In this document: positions 1-12,606 of the stretch, in pieces
How positions within the stretch are numbered: position 1 is the stretch's first letter
How the letters are laid out: every line of letters starts with the position of its first letter
Origin: Chrysemys picta bellii
Taxonomy: Eukaryota
Direction: 5' to 3'
Length of the DNA: 64,000 nt
Assembly (NCBI RefSeq): GCF_011386835.1
Contig: NC_088804.1
Coordinates: 29,016,001-29,080,000, forward strand
Notes under the pieces: generated by a model
What the model saw: the letters and a program-made list of their open reading frames with translations, nothing else
Databases searched by the model: none
What the model was told of the DNA's origin: nothing
Made by a program: the position numbers and the translations under genes

Positions 1-3000
1 CACCATAACATAAAAAAGATTAAATGCACAGAAATAGGGGTAGAATTTTATTTTTTTTCCAGTTACTAGGTATCATTTCTTTCTCTTTGTCCTCTCCACC
101 CCAACCTACCAACAATAAAGCAACATACAGGTTGCTAAGCATAAGAACCTATGTCTCATTCCATCTGGAGTACAGCTGTGTAGGTCTGACACATAGGCAT
201 TTGTATCTGCTAGATAGACAACCAGATATCTTTTGTGGAGATTATCCTCACATGTCTTATAGTGAAGTGTTGACATGCCCACTTGCACAAACTACAGTAA
301 TAAATCCTCTTCCAAAACTGGATCAGTGATTGCAGGAGGGGCACCCTTCCCACTTCCGTCCCAATTCGGAGGCACTATTACACTCTCTATAGAAGTTAGA
401 GGCAGGTTGTTTGGACTGCAGTTAAACTAAGCATAGCATTAGTTACTACTGCAGGATGACTGGTTCTCAGAGGCTTTGGTATGAAGGGAGAGGAATAAAG
501 GACAAAGGGTTCTTGGAATTCTCTGCTATGACTTCTTGCCTCATTTGCCAGCCTGCACCAACACTTTACATTCTTTTAGGTGCTGTTCTAGGGCCAGATT
601 TTCAATGGGAGTTAAACACCTCATCTGCTTAACTACTTTTGAAAATCCCACTAGGCAACTATCTGCTCTTTTAGGCACTAAATACCTTTGGAAAGTAGGT
701 TCCCATTGACAATGGACAGGATAGCTATTTCCTTCATCTTTTTTGCTCTCACCCATATAGTATTCAGAGGAGCCAAATCCCCCACAATGGACAGCATTAA
801 ACAACCCCCAATCCCACAAAAAATACACAAAGAGTAGCTGAGGAAGATATTATGAGAGGAAAAGAGTAATCAGTTAAGAGTATCAGAAGAATGATCAGCA
901 TCAGCCATGGAAATAAGAGAAAAGGCTTACAATGGAACAGAGTTACATATCAAGCCGAGATTATAAGGGTTAACAAGTACTTATACCAGCCAGGATTTTC
1001 TCAGGATTTTCATAGTGTAGAGTAGAAAGTGTAGGGAGATCATCTCATGAAACACCTTCCTTTCCATTAATGATGTTGTGAACCATCTCCTCTCCCATTT
1101 GCAAACACATGTTCCCTGGGTCAACTACAGTTTCTTACATGGAAAAGTAACATTATGAAAGTCTTAATTTAATATAGCATGTGAAAATAAGGAGAATAGC
1201 CAGCTCCATATGACCAGTCAGTTTTCCATGAATCACCAGTGGTCCAAGAATCGTAATATGAGACCCTCTGTCCTAGTCCATATATGTCTAAGTGAAGGGT
1301 CACCAAGTTATGCTTTTTTCTGACTTAGTTTGATTTTTTTTAAAACTGAACTTTGTTATAGGTTAACATTTGGATAATTTAATTGTTATTGTATTTTCAA
1401 ATAAAAATATACATATCTGGGCAGCAAATAATGTGCTCAGAGATATACAGCCAATGAACAAACAAGCTAACTAACTAACTAAATCCTGGCTTACAAACAG
1501 TGTTATTCCCTGTCACAGATAATAATAATAAGACCAAACAGTGGAAGATCCTGCAGGCAGATGAAATAAACATAATCAATAGTATAAATAAAGAGAAGAA
1601 TGAAATAAAAGAAAGAACATATTAGAAAGTGAAACTAATATGCCCAAACCTCATCTCCAAACATTGTATGAAACTGAAGGAACCTAGTAAACCTAGTAAC
1701 TTTATGTTTTCAAATAATTAATAAGATAGGTTGACATATTTCTTAGGAGACATCTCTTCTCCCAGTTGATACAATTCAGCAATCAGGACCTACCTGCTTT
1801 TTTCTTTTCTTTTTTTATTAAGGCAAAGTCACAATAAAACGTTAACATTCTACATCGTACATTACTTATTACTTATTCAGGATCAAGTTAATATTCAAAT
1901 AACCTAGCTAAAGATTCTGGCTTGCTTGTTGGAGAGCCCCACTCTTCTGAGTACACTAAAAAGGGTGACCAAATTTCTAAATACAATCCTTTTTTGGCAC
2001 TTCTCTTGTGTACTTACTTGCCATGAAATATTTCCATTAGAAGGACAGTCCATATTTTACTATACCATGTGCAAATATATATTTTAAGGTAGTAACCTCT
2101 CAGTCCCCGTTTGCCAAGCAACCGCCAATTCCCTCTTTCAAATCTCTCTCCAAATCTCTCTTTTGCTGTAATAGCAATAAGCACTACATTCACTAAGCTA
2201 TTCCCTGCCCTTGATTTTCCTGTCTTCTTTGTCTGCCTTTTAGACTTGGAAGACCTTCAGGGTAAGGAGTCTCTTCGCTTCTTTGCCTCATGCTGGTGAC
2301 ATACAATAATAAAATACCTCATCAATAAGCATATTTTAGTGCACCAGGGAAACATAAACCAAATACAAAGAAAATTAGTCAGCTGAAAATTAAAGTGAAA
2401 AGAATTAGCACCATTGTCTCCATTGAAGTCCCAAACTCCCATTGACTTCAACGGAGCCAAAATCAAAATGTTCAAACTTCAGTGCTTGAAGTTAGGCACC
2501 TAGATCCATGGGAGCTGTGAGTGATCAACATTTCAGAGAATCAGGCCATTTTTATTAGCTGCCTAACTATGGAATTAGGTGCATATATTTGGCACCAATG
2601 GCATAGAGCTCACTGGGACTATTCCGAGTTCATAAAGTTAAGCATGGGCTTAACTATTTGTTAAATTAGAACCCATGTTTAAAAATACTGGCATAATTAT
2701 AGCCCTTTCACAAAGCCAATAACTACAAGCAATATTTCAGTTTCTTTGAGATATTGTGCCTGAACCTCCACAGCCTTGCAACTTATTATTATGTTCATTT
2801 TAACTTGAAGGCAAATATTCCTCACTGAGTCCATGAAAATTAGATTTGTAATTTTTTTGCATACAGGATTATCTAAAAATGTATTACATAGATCACAACA
2901 GAAAAGGGTTTAAAAAAGGAAATATCGCCCACATGTTTAATGACCCTCAGACATAAATCCATGTTATAATACTTACTTGGTCTTAAAAAGCTGTTTGTTT

Positions 3001-3127
3001 CATCTCAGTGACAATTCATTCTTTCTACTTTGGTTTATGTTTTTGAGCTTTCTCTCTGGAAAATGAATCATTTTACATAATTACAGAAATTAGGTTTGTC
3101 TTTAGCCAGCAAGAGCCATTATTTGCC

Positions 3128-3915
3128 TGCCGTGTCCTCCCTCTGCTGGACACTCACCAGGCTGTTGTGACTGAGATTCCATAGGCTGCATCCATGTGCT
3201 TTCATGCTTCCCTGGGATTCAATAAGCTGCACCACTCTCTCTCCCCCGGGCCTCTGTCATACTTCCTTAGCACATACCCTGTTATCCCTTCACTGAAATG
3301 GGACTATGCAGTCCAGCTGCCTTAGGCTCCCAGGACCAGTACTGACCCTCCAGTTACTTAAGCACACTTCTCCCAGAATTCCAAACTTGTGGGCACTATG
3401 GGTTTACAGTTTAATACTTCAGGGGCATGTGATAGGTGAAGCAAACAGACACACAGATAGGCTTTGCAAAGGCTTCTAAACACAATTACTCTTAGATAGT
3501 GTGAGACATACACAGATCTAAGCAAAACAATAAACACACCTGTACACATTTCCCTCACCACTCCTGACATTCTTTAGGCTTATGTCAGAGTCCTCAAAAG
3601 TTCCAGGATCACTCCTCCACCCCCTGTCCTCTTGCCCTCTGGCTTCTCCTCCAAACACAGAGTCTCTCTGGTCTCTCTTCTCCTTCTCTCTCTAAAATGG
3701 CTGGTGGGATACCCTCTCTTTTATAACCTCCAGTCCCCTTTGGCAGGTGACATGGCTGATCAGCCTTATCTGGTGTTCAAAGATCCTTTCCCAGGTGATC
3801 CATTGTTTAGCTACCACTCCCTTGCAATACAGGTTTGAAAAACTGTTTTCCCCTCAGCAGTAACCATCTCTTTGTCCAAGAGTACTCCATTAAATGGACA
3901 ATGGACAAAGTTTAA
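3128..3915 (-). mobile_element. Solo LTR remnant (Gypsy/ERV-like)
   Basis: Minus strand has TATAAAA (3719-3725) followed by ATTAAA (3410-3415) in LTR order. The + strand starts with TG at 3128. A possible 4-bp TSD TGCC lies at 3124-3127 and 3916-3919, but the right end is degenerate. Boundaries approximate. Confidence 0.55.
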
Positions 3916-5562
3916 TGCCTCAGAATTGTTAGCCCTGTGCCACCACCCCTTAGAATTTTAGGCCAAGATGAAAGAAAAAGACAGCAAGAAGGTAAAGACC
4001 AACTTTACAATCACAATGGAGTTTGCAGTCTGACATAGACATATTCAAGACATTCATAATCTCAAATAGAATTCATAAATTGCTCATAGATTCCCCAAAT
4101 TATCACATTGCCCGTGGGCCATATTGTGGTATAAGTCTTTGTTTACCGTTGCATGCCATATGCCATTGTTTCCAATGAAAGTGACATGAAGTACCATGAT
4201 ATCATGAAGATGCATCCACATTATCTCACGTAGACATTAAAGGGACATGTCCCCTATAGAAATTAAGAAACATGCAGTGCATGTAATTTTACTCTCCGCT
4301 AATATTCTGTTCTTGCTTTATCTGTTTTTTCCTTCATATTCAGAAATGACCACTGAACCTTGCTATTGGGTTGATCTCTGTCATATGTTATATGTTTAAA
4401 ATCTTTAGAACTCTGATACAGAATTACTGCACAGATGAAAGGTTGTGATGGAAGTTAATAAAAAAAGAAAACATTCTCTGAAAACAGATGTTTGGATTTT
4501 GAAGCAGAAATATAGCTGACTCTCTACAGATAAACCCAGATTTCACCAAGTCTAAGGGATAAGAGGCGAACATTCCTTCTTTAATCTGATTTACTTTACT
4601 TACCAGCATTCAGATAAGACAGAACTTCCATCTTTTATGCCTTTATCTTTTGAATGATTAATCAGTAGCTTTTTTATTTTCTTCTACAATACTTGGAGCA
4701 TCTGTGTATCTAATAGGCAACAAATCACATATTATGGGGATTCTGAGATTTACTGCTGATTGCTTGTTTTCCTCATTTATAAGATAAGGTTGAAGGCAAT
4801 AATCAGGCATAGGGACCAGTTTTAATGCTTTTTTGATGAAAACAATTCCAACTAAAGTGAAAAAAGTCAACACCGCAAAAGACAAAAAAAAAAAATATCC
4901 CCCACCCCCCAAAAAACCCTCCAAACTTTTAATTAGAACATGGTTACTGTTCAAAATTGGGCTACATTTATCAGTATGCCCATTGCACTACCAGAATATT
5001 GGAGAAAACTGATTGGAAGAAGCCTAATTAAAATTTTAAATGAAGACTGATATACTGGCTGCCAACATGCTTGTCATCCTCTTTTGATTGGAATATTTAT
5101 GGTATCAGCTAGGAGAAAAAGTCATTAACAGCAAAGTATGTGATATTTTACAGTGAGAAGCCTGTAATATCAATACTAACAAGCTATTGAAGACATGAAA
5201 TCTTGATGCTGACCTTAACAATAAGAAGTAAATAGATATTATGCCACCATCTACAAATTCAACAAGCTTCTGTCAAAATGAATTGAAAAACATGCAACTC
5301 ACTGGGGAAAATATCTATCCCCAAAGAGGCGTAAGCCAGCAGTAATATGCTTTTGACATACAGAACAATAGAAACAAATTAAAGCCATTAAAATAGTTAT
5401 AACATGAGTATGTTAGAGTAGATTTTAGTTATTTAACAAGGAAAATGCATTTCATTCTTGTTCACTTTTAAAATAGTACCATAGAGGATTTGCTTTAATT
5501 GCCCCCCAAAATGTCCCATACAACTGATAAAATAGATTTTTCTTGTAGAGAATTGGCACAGT

Positions 5563-5720
5563 GGGCCTGATTTGCAAAATTATCTTACAAAAAATACATG
5601 CGCCATTACATGTATGATTTGTATGTGCAGTTGATGAATGCACAGATTGCCGATTGGATGGCTAATTGTACATGTAAATGATGTACTTGCACAGTTATAG
5701 CAAAAAAAAAAATAGGGGCC
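5563..5720. mobile_element. GGGCC-ended palindromic MITE (PIF/Harbinger-type)
   Basis: Starts GGGCCTGATTTGCAAAA, ends ...GCAAAAAAAAAAATAGGGGCC; loosely self-complementary interior. Confidence 0.45.
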
Positions 5721-5772
5721 TGATCTCAACCCCCACTTGTTGCCCATAAACCAAACGTCCACGGAATATGCA

Positions 5773-6545
5773 GTACCTGGTTGGGAGTTTTCCAACAAAA
5801 AATATTTCATCAGAAAATGTCAATTAGTTGTAACCAAACCTTTTTGTGGAATTATATGAGTTTCAATAATGCTTTAACTGGGAAAGGTTTCTCTGGTTCG
5901 GATAGAATTGCTAGTCAAAACCAAAGAGACACACCCTTCTGCAACTCGGAATAACTCAGTGACTAGGACACTTGTCAGGGATGTGAATTATTCTGCTTAA
6001 AATTCCTCCTCTTGCCTGATTCAGACCAGGAACTTGAACCTCAGTCTCCCACATCCTTAACCAACATATTATGAGCTATTCTGGGGTAGGTCTCTTTCAC
6101 TGTCTCCTGTTGGAGCTGTTCCACTTTGTATAAATAACTATGCATGGGAGCAGGGACTTGAACCTGGATCTCACACAGCACAGGTGAGTGCCCTAATACT
6201 GAGCTATAATGACATGTTCTCTCCCTGCCCTGATTCATATTTAACTATTTATACAAAGTGGGACTGCTCCAACAAGGGAAACCTAGCCCAGGATACAACA
6301 TAGCCTTGTGGCCAGCATACTCACCTAGGCTCACCAGGATTCAAATCCCTGATCCAAAGCAGGGCTTGAACCTAGCTCTAAAACATCCCATTAAACTCTT
6401 CTGGTATGGGGTGTCTTTCTCTCTTCATGAAAAACAATCTCTAAAGGCCTCTGTTTTATCCCAGCAGGGAATGGGAAAATTGTTGAAGTCTCAGAAGTTC
6501 CCATCTCTATCTGGAACATCTCATTGATTCTTCAGAACAGCCCAA
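5773..6545. mobile_element. Composite non-autonomous element containing five tRNA-like (Pol III A/B-box) units
   Basis: tRNA-like units at 5952-5985(+), 6029-6062(-), 6146-6206(-), 6301-6355(+), 6361-6380(-); internal 32-bp inverted repeat 6109-6140/6242-6273; degenerate AGAGCTGG-like ends. Confidence 0.55.
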
Positions 6546-6554
6546 AGAAGAGTA

Positions 6555-6715
6555 CATGACAGTAATCCAACCTGGAGGTGACCGTGGCATGGATGACTGT
6601 GGTGAGGTCAGCACAAACAAGGAAAACCTGTAACATCCTTGCTAATCACAGAAGAAAATAAGTAGTACAAGTCACAGCTGCCACCTTGGATTCCAAAAGC
6701 ACCCGTAAGGTTACC
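6555..6715 (-). mobile_element. L2 LINE ORF2 fragment (C-terminal to RT), decayed
   Basis: Minus-strand translation VAAVTCTTYFLL*LARMLQVFLVCADLTTVIHATVTSRLDYC matches the L2 motif DLATVIHAFVTSRLDYCN; contains a stop and a frameshift. Confidence 0.85.
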
Positions 6716-9479
6716 CCGGCTACACCTCCTTACACATCACCTCAGCATTGAATCCTCTATTATTAATTAAGACTGCTTTATGAATGTTTTCTCACACTTC
6801 TAATTTGCAGCCTTTCCTTCAATGAAATAAAAGAGGATAATTTTTGAAGGGCTATGATTTGAGAGATCAATAAAAGCCTCAGTATCAGAGATAATAGCAA
6901 AATCCAGTAATGTGAAAATGGGAAAAGAGAGTAATGATTCATTATCCTTGTCATATGACAGGTACAGTGAGGGACTATGAACCAGGATGGGGGCTTTCTT
7001 TACAACCTTCTGCCTTAAGTGATTCTGTGTATTGATTGCTCTACCATTGTTTGTAGAGCTGGTCCTATTACTAGCTAGCTATGAATAACTGGACCTCTGG
7101 TAAGTCTAAAGAAATATGTTTTCTGCTTGCTTCCAACCTGTCACTTTCTGTACTATAAGTATTGAATCTTCTTGTTCATATCAATGGCACCCAACCAAAC
7201 AAGGTCACAAAAAATAAGAGTGAAACTTTCAAAGCAAACTGAAGTGAAGTCTTCATTATTAGAATTAAAATGTATTTAATTACAAAGGAAACTGATTTGT
7301 CTCTTTTATGAAAACAGATATTTAAAAGGTTTAAAATAATTTAACAAGGTTGAAAAGTCTTTTAACCAGAATCTATAGGGAATTAATAAGGGAAAGTCAA
7401 TGAGGAATTAAGATTAATCATTTATAGTCATGTGCTTTACTGATGCATGAGGTTAAATCATCATTTCCTGTGCAAAATCAATGGGAAGCAAGCACACTTA
7501 TATCAGTCTGAAGCCAACAATAACCAAGCTCAATTCTCAGGGGAAGGGTTTGAAACCTTATGCATGGGACATAGACCAGCCATTAATAGAGGGGTTCTGC
7601 CTCTCTACACTTCTCCCTCCTTCTCTGCTTCCCCCAGGACACAGCTTCCCTTTCTGAAGGTGATGGAAGCTATGAAATGGTTATTTGTGCTGAAACGCTG
7701 AGTATCAGCTCCTGCTTGAATTGCCACTGGAAATTATCAAAAAGGAGCTATCTTCTGACTCTGAGTCCCATTCAAATCCCATTGAATTAAATGGGAATTA
7801 GCTCAATCCTTCTGCCTTCATCAGGTAGCTGCTTGTGTAAGTCTGTTGAGCTCAGCTGCACAATGAGTGCACAGAAGAGCATTGGGAGCCTTAGCAGAAA
7901 GAAGGATGATATCTCATAAGCTATGTTCCACTACACATACTAGCCAGGGTCAAGGGTTTCAGAAATGAGGTACCTAATGCTGGGCCTAAAGAAGTAACTC
8001 GATTTTGAAAATTATGAGCACCCAGCAACTCCCACTTGAGTGCTGAGCACTTTTAAACATCAGGCCATTTACTGAGGAGCATAGTTTTAGGAGCCTTTAG
8101 AATCCTCTTTTTGAAAAATCCAAGTCCAGATTTCATCTCGTATCTGTCTGACAGGATGATCTGCTCCATGGTTTGTAAATATATATGATCTATGTACATT
8201 TGGAAGGAGGTACTAACATTCCAAAAAGGAAATGCATTGTAGATTTGTACTCCAAAATGGTGTTTTATTTAACCTATTTGTCTGCAACGGTCTATTATAT
8301 TAACATAATGCTATAAAAAAACCCTTTGAGATAGCCCCCTTCCTTTCTTAGTAGAATTTATGAATTCCTGTTCACATTATTTATACTGTTCTTTACCAAT
8401 GCATACAGCACACAAGTCACTGAAAGGGTTAAAATGAGCAGTAACTGCCATGTGTTTGATTCTATCAGATTTCTGACTCATAAACCGAATGGATTATATG
8501 CTTAAACATTGGTTTCCTTAGCTCTGGTATTAGTATTGCTGTTTACTGAAAAATAATCCTGGGTTTAGTAGCAATAAAAGAACCGCCTGTATTTTTTTGT
8601 AAAGCCCAGGATCCAAGTGCTCGTCATCTATTTTCCACTGTGAGATGTTTCCCCAAACACCTAGAATATACTTATTAAGCGAGTTAGTTTTCCAAATATA
8701 AGAGAGGAGATTTATGCAGCTGATAGGGGATTATCAACAACATTGTGATTTGTGAAAGACAAGGCTGTTGAGAAAAAAATGCTCTTCAGTTTGACAGCCT
8801 CTACCCCCATCTTGGCAAGTATTAAATGAAAGGGGATAGGACAGAATACTACTATGCATTTATTTTTTTACATTAAACAAAATTTTGCTTGTGCATAGGA
8901 TTTCAGAATATAAACTTGAAACACCAAAGTGCCTCTCTTCTTTAAAAAAACCAAGTACATCTGCTTTTCTGATGCTGCTACATCAGAAATAACTTAGATC
9001 CTTGGATAGATGCTTGCAGTTTAGAAATGACATTGTAGCAATAACTTAGTTTAAGTACACAATGGGTATCATTTGCTTCTTAAACTTGGGTCTCACCAGT
9101 GGTCTTTTATGCCTTTCTGATGGACCCGAGCCATGGGAACATCATTCCTTATGGGACAGGCTTCCTTCATTTCACCATGCTCCTTTGACCATGTACACTC
9201 CAGATAACTTCTTTGCTATCTCTTTGTAGAAGTTGAAGGTTTTTTCATCTCTCCAAGGTGGTCTGCATGAAATTGCCTAATAGCTTAGGACTCAAGTGGT
9301 CTAATTAAGACGTGAGATTTATTAAGATCAGAAAGTGACAATCAAATTAAAAAACAAAAGAAATATTCATGACTTAGTGAGACTGGCTCTCTGCAATGCT
9401 CATCTCACTGGGTTCCCTTAGATTTACTTACAAGGACTATATATTTCTAAAATGTGCTCTTGTTTTTCTCCTTTCTTTT

Positions 9480-9984
9480 TCATAGAATCATAGACATGTA
9501 GGGCTGGGAGGGACCTTGAGAGGTCACCAATTCCAGCTCCCTGCACTGAGGCAGGACAAAGTAAACTTAGGCCATCCCTGACGGGTGTTTGTCCCACCTC
9601 TTCTTAAAAACCTGTGATGGAGATTCCACAATTACCTGTGGATGCCTATTCCAGAACTTAACCACCTTTATAGTTAGAAAGCTTTTCCTAATATCTAACC
9701 TAAATCTTCCTTGCTGCAGATTAAAGCCTTTTCTTTTCATCCTATCTTCAGTGGACATGGAGAACAACTGCTCACCATTCTCTTTATAAGAGCCCTTAGC
9801 ATACCTGTAGACTATCAGGTACCCCCCCATCTCCGCCCCTCCTCCCCCGACTAAAAATGCCCAGTTTTTAAATCTTTTCTCATAGATCAGGTTTTCTGTT
9901 TTATCATTTTTATTGCTCTCCTCTGGACTCTCTTGAATTTATCCACATCTTTTCTAAAGTGTGACACCAAAGAATTAGATACAG
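9480..9984 (-). mobile_element. CR1 LINE 3' fragment (ORF2 C-terminus plus 3' tail)
   Basis: ORF 9567-9830 reads ...GFNLQQGRFRLDIRKSFLTIKVVKFWNR..., the CR1 ORF2 C-terminus; + strand TCATAGAATCATAGA at 9480 is the reverse complement of the (TTCTATGA)n CR1 tail; 5'-truncated. Confidence 0.95.
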
Positions 9985-10445
9985 TTCAATTCTGAGCCAC
10001 CCAGCCTGTGAAAAATGACATCTTCTGATTTTTGGTGTCTCCCATACACACACCTCTGTGATCCGTTTTGAATGCAAATGTGTGACAGGCTTAATTACTG
10101 TATCAGAAAAATATTACGTCAGCTTTTCTGCAATGTCACATTTGATCAAATAGACTAGCTGACTGGAAGGGTAATAGTCTTTGTTCTCCTTACAATGTTT
10201 GTTGTCCTCCAAGTTGTTCATCTCCTCTGCCAATCTAACTCTGGGGGCATTTTTCAATTTCCTCTCTCAAAAACCTAGCATTTCAAAGTCCCCTTTATTT
10301 TTTCCCACACTTTAGTCAGTTTAAAGGGTTAAGGTAACTGGCTCCTGGCTTAGCCGTTGTCCTTGACTGTAGCTATTGGATTGAGCAAGATTGCTCTGTC
10401 TTTAAAGTGACTGTATTTACATTATATTGCATAGCTGCCTCTTAC

Positions 10446-10649
10446 CTGCATTTCTGCTTTGTATCAGGAGTGGATTATTGACAAATTAAAGTCAATCTCT
10501 CACAGTGACATACCAACTAATAAAAAAAATTCATATCCTTCAATGTTTTGTGAAATCACATGCCAGACACATCATTGCCAGGCCTCTGGAAATGTTAGTT
10601 ATGTATCTATAAACTGTGACAAACATTCAATCTGTACAAAACCTACATG
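10446..10649 (-). other. Candidate non-coding exon (204 nt)
   Basis: Minus strand: CTGAC branch-like motif, long T-rich tract ending TTTCCTAG|, donor CAG|GTAAGA; stops in all three frames. Confidence 0.3.
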
Positions 10650-11214
10650 CTAGGAAATGAAAAACAAAACAAAATAAAACCGAAGCAGGTCAGCCATAGA
10701 GAAGTGTGACAGCAGCAAAAATAGTTACAGGGTTACCCTATAAATGCTCTTCTACTTCAAAACACAGCTGGTGCCAACCTGGGCCCCAGTCAGTCAAAAC
10801 CCAAAGGGAGCTGTTTAACTTGGCCACTTAAATGGGTAAACCTGCTTGTAATTTGGCACTTTTTGCAGATATCACACTTCTATGCAACTGGCCTTTATTT
10901 TTCTTTTAGTTTTTCTTGTATATCTTCTATGGGTTTTAATGAGGTATCACAGCCTTTTTCCTTCAAAAACTAATTAGGTGATAGAAATAAAAATTTAATC
11001 ATCCATAGCAGGCATTTAGGTTGTCATTTTTATTAAAAGAAACCCCTATTATTTAGAGACAGCGATATAAAATCAATTCAGAGATGAATTTTCAGAACAT
11101 AACTTTTTGAATTCTACACAACGGGACAAGTTCTTCTTTCACTTTTACCAGTGTAAATGAAGTCAAACTAACTTCATTGTTACTGTTAATACAACAGATA
11201 ACTCAGATAACAAA

Positions 11215-11357
11215 GGGCTTGTCTACACAAATACTTTAGTTCATAGCAAATCTACCCCACACTAGCTTGCCACCCTCTATATATCTGTATGGAGTCTGCT
11301 GCCACGCACTAACAATTCCCTAGTGTGTTTGAGTCTGCTTTTACATGAATATGGCCC
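11215..11357. mobile_element. PIF/Harbinger-type MITE (GGGCTTGTCTACAC family)
   Basis: Left end GGGCTTGTCTACAC; interior similar to the outer element at 13330-14702; TSD not clear. Confidence 0.55.
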
Positions 11358-11649
11358 TGTCTGTGTGAGGAGTGCTGTAACAGTTATATTCTCTTGTATC
11401 CAATCATATGTGATTGTTGAATGAAGACAGAAAGGATCACTCAGTGCCAGTGGTGAAATGAGGAAACCTGCTATAAAATACTCCAAGAAAAAAAGATTAT
11501 CATCACTAAAAGAAGGAATAGGGAAGTAGTAAATTAAAAAGATGTTTAATTTTAAATATAAAAATATATACACATTTATAAATAGCTTTATTTAAAATTA
11601 TGTGTACTTATTTTTTCCCCAAGTACAGAAAATAAACCATGGTAAATTT

Positions 11650-12318
11650 GGAAATTATGGAAATCCAGAGAGCTGATCAAAAAATGGAATAATCAAAATT
11701 CTGTTGATTCTATTTTACGTTATTGAGCAAAGTGGCAACATTGTCATTTTTAATTAGGCCTAATCCAAAATCCATTAAAGTCAGTAGGAACCTTTCCATT
11801 GATTTTTATGGGCTTTGGCAAAGCCTAAAGTACACACATCAAACGGAATAGGATGCACTAAAATTTACAAGCGAAAGGCAATAATGTTTTTTTTCAATTA
11901 AAGAGCTGATTACTACAGATCACCAACATGTTTCAAATGAGATTTTTTGATGAAAATTGACTTTTCAAATGATTCAAACATGCAAAAAATGTAAAAAATT
12001 CAAAATGTTCAATGGTTCTGTGACGCTACTTAAAATGAATTGTTTTGTTCACTGTTTGAATAGAAATTTTTCAAGATTGTTTTTTGATTCCTGTCTCAAA
12101 AACTGAAAAGAAAAAGAAAAAATGAGTCTGTTGAATTTGAACTGAAATTAACATTTTTGTTTTGAATCCAATGGAAATGAAATATTTCAAGACATTTTAT
12201 CAAAATTGGAAAAAAATCTTGTGAAATTTCTATTGAAATTATTTTTTTTTTAATTCAAAACATTTCATGGAAAATTATTTCCATTTTTTGATCATCTCTC
12301 TGGATTTCCATAATTTCC
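11650..12318. repeat. AT-rich fold-back element bounded by a 44/45-bp near-perfect inverted repeat
   Basis: 11650-11693 and the reverse complement of 12274-12318 differ by one substitution and one indel; interior is A/T-run rich and decayed. Confidence 0.8.
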
Positions 12319-12543
12319 GGGCCACATTTTCCAACTGACTTCAATCTGGCCTCCCAACATGAACAAATATATTTGTACAATTTCAAACCTGGGCATTTAT
12401 TTATAAAAGTCAAGTAGTTAGATGCCTACATACCCATGAGCCTGAGTCCAATCTTACTTTCATCATTTTAACAACAAGGCAGGATTTGTCACTTCTGCCA
12501 CAATCATCTTTGTAGTACCTCCCTTGTTGCCCCTACGCGGAGA

Positions 12544-12606
12544 CAGTGAAATCCTACCCTAATTGAAGTCAATAGCAAAACTTCCATTGGGCTAGGATTT
12601 CACCCT
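12544..12606. mobile_element. Short hairpin MITE
   Basis: Perfect 11-bp inverted repeat GTGAAATCCTA (12546-12556) / TAGGATTTCAC (12593-12603) around an ATTGAAGTCAAT core; similar units near 2410-2465, 11757-11825, 49080-49145 and 54416-54482. Confidence 0.55.

Noticed and set aside
24-329. 101-aa ORF with a hydrophobic N-terminus
   Set aside because: No recognisable domain; overlaps a probable decayed CR1 tail (about 138-200) and LTR-like sequence.
7638-7790. Strong + strand polypyrimidine acceptor (CTTCCCCCAG|)
   Set aside because: No good donor downstream and the peptides are unrecognisable.
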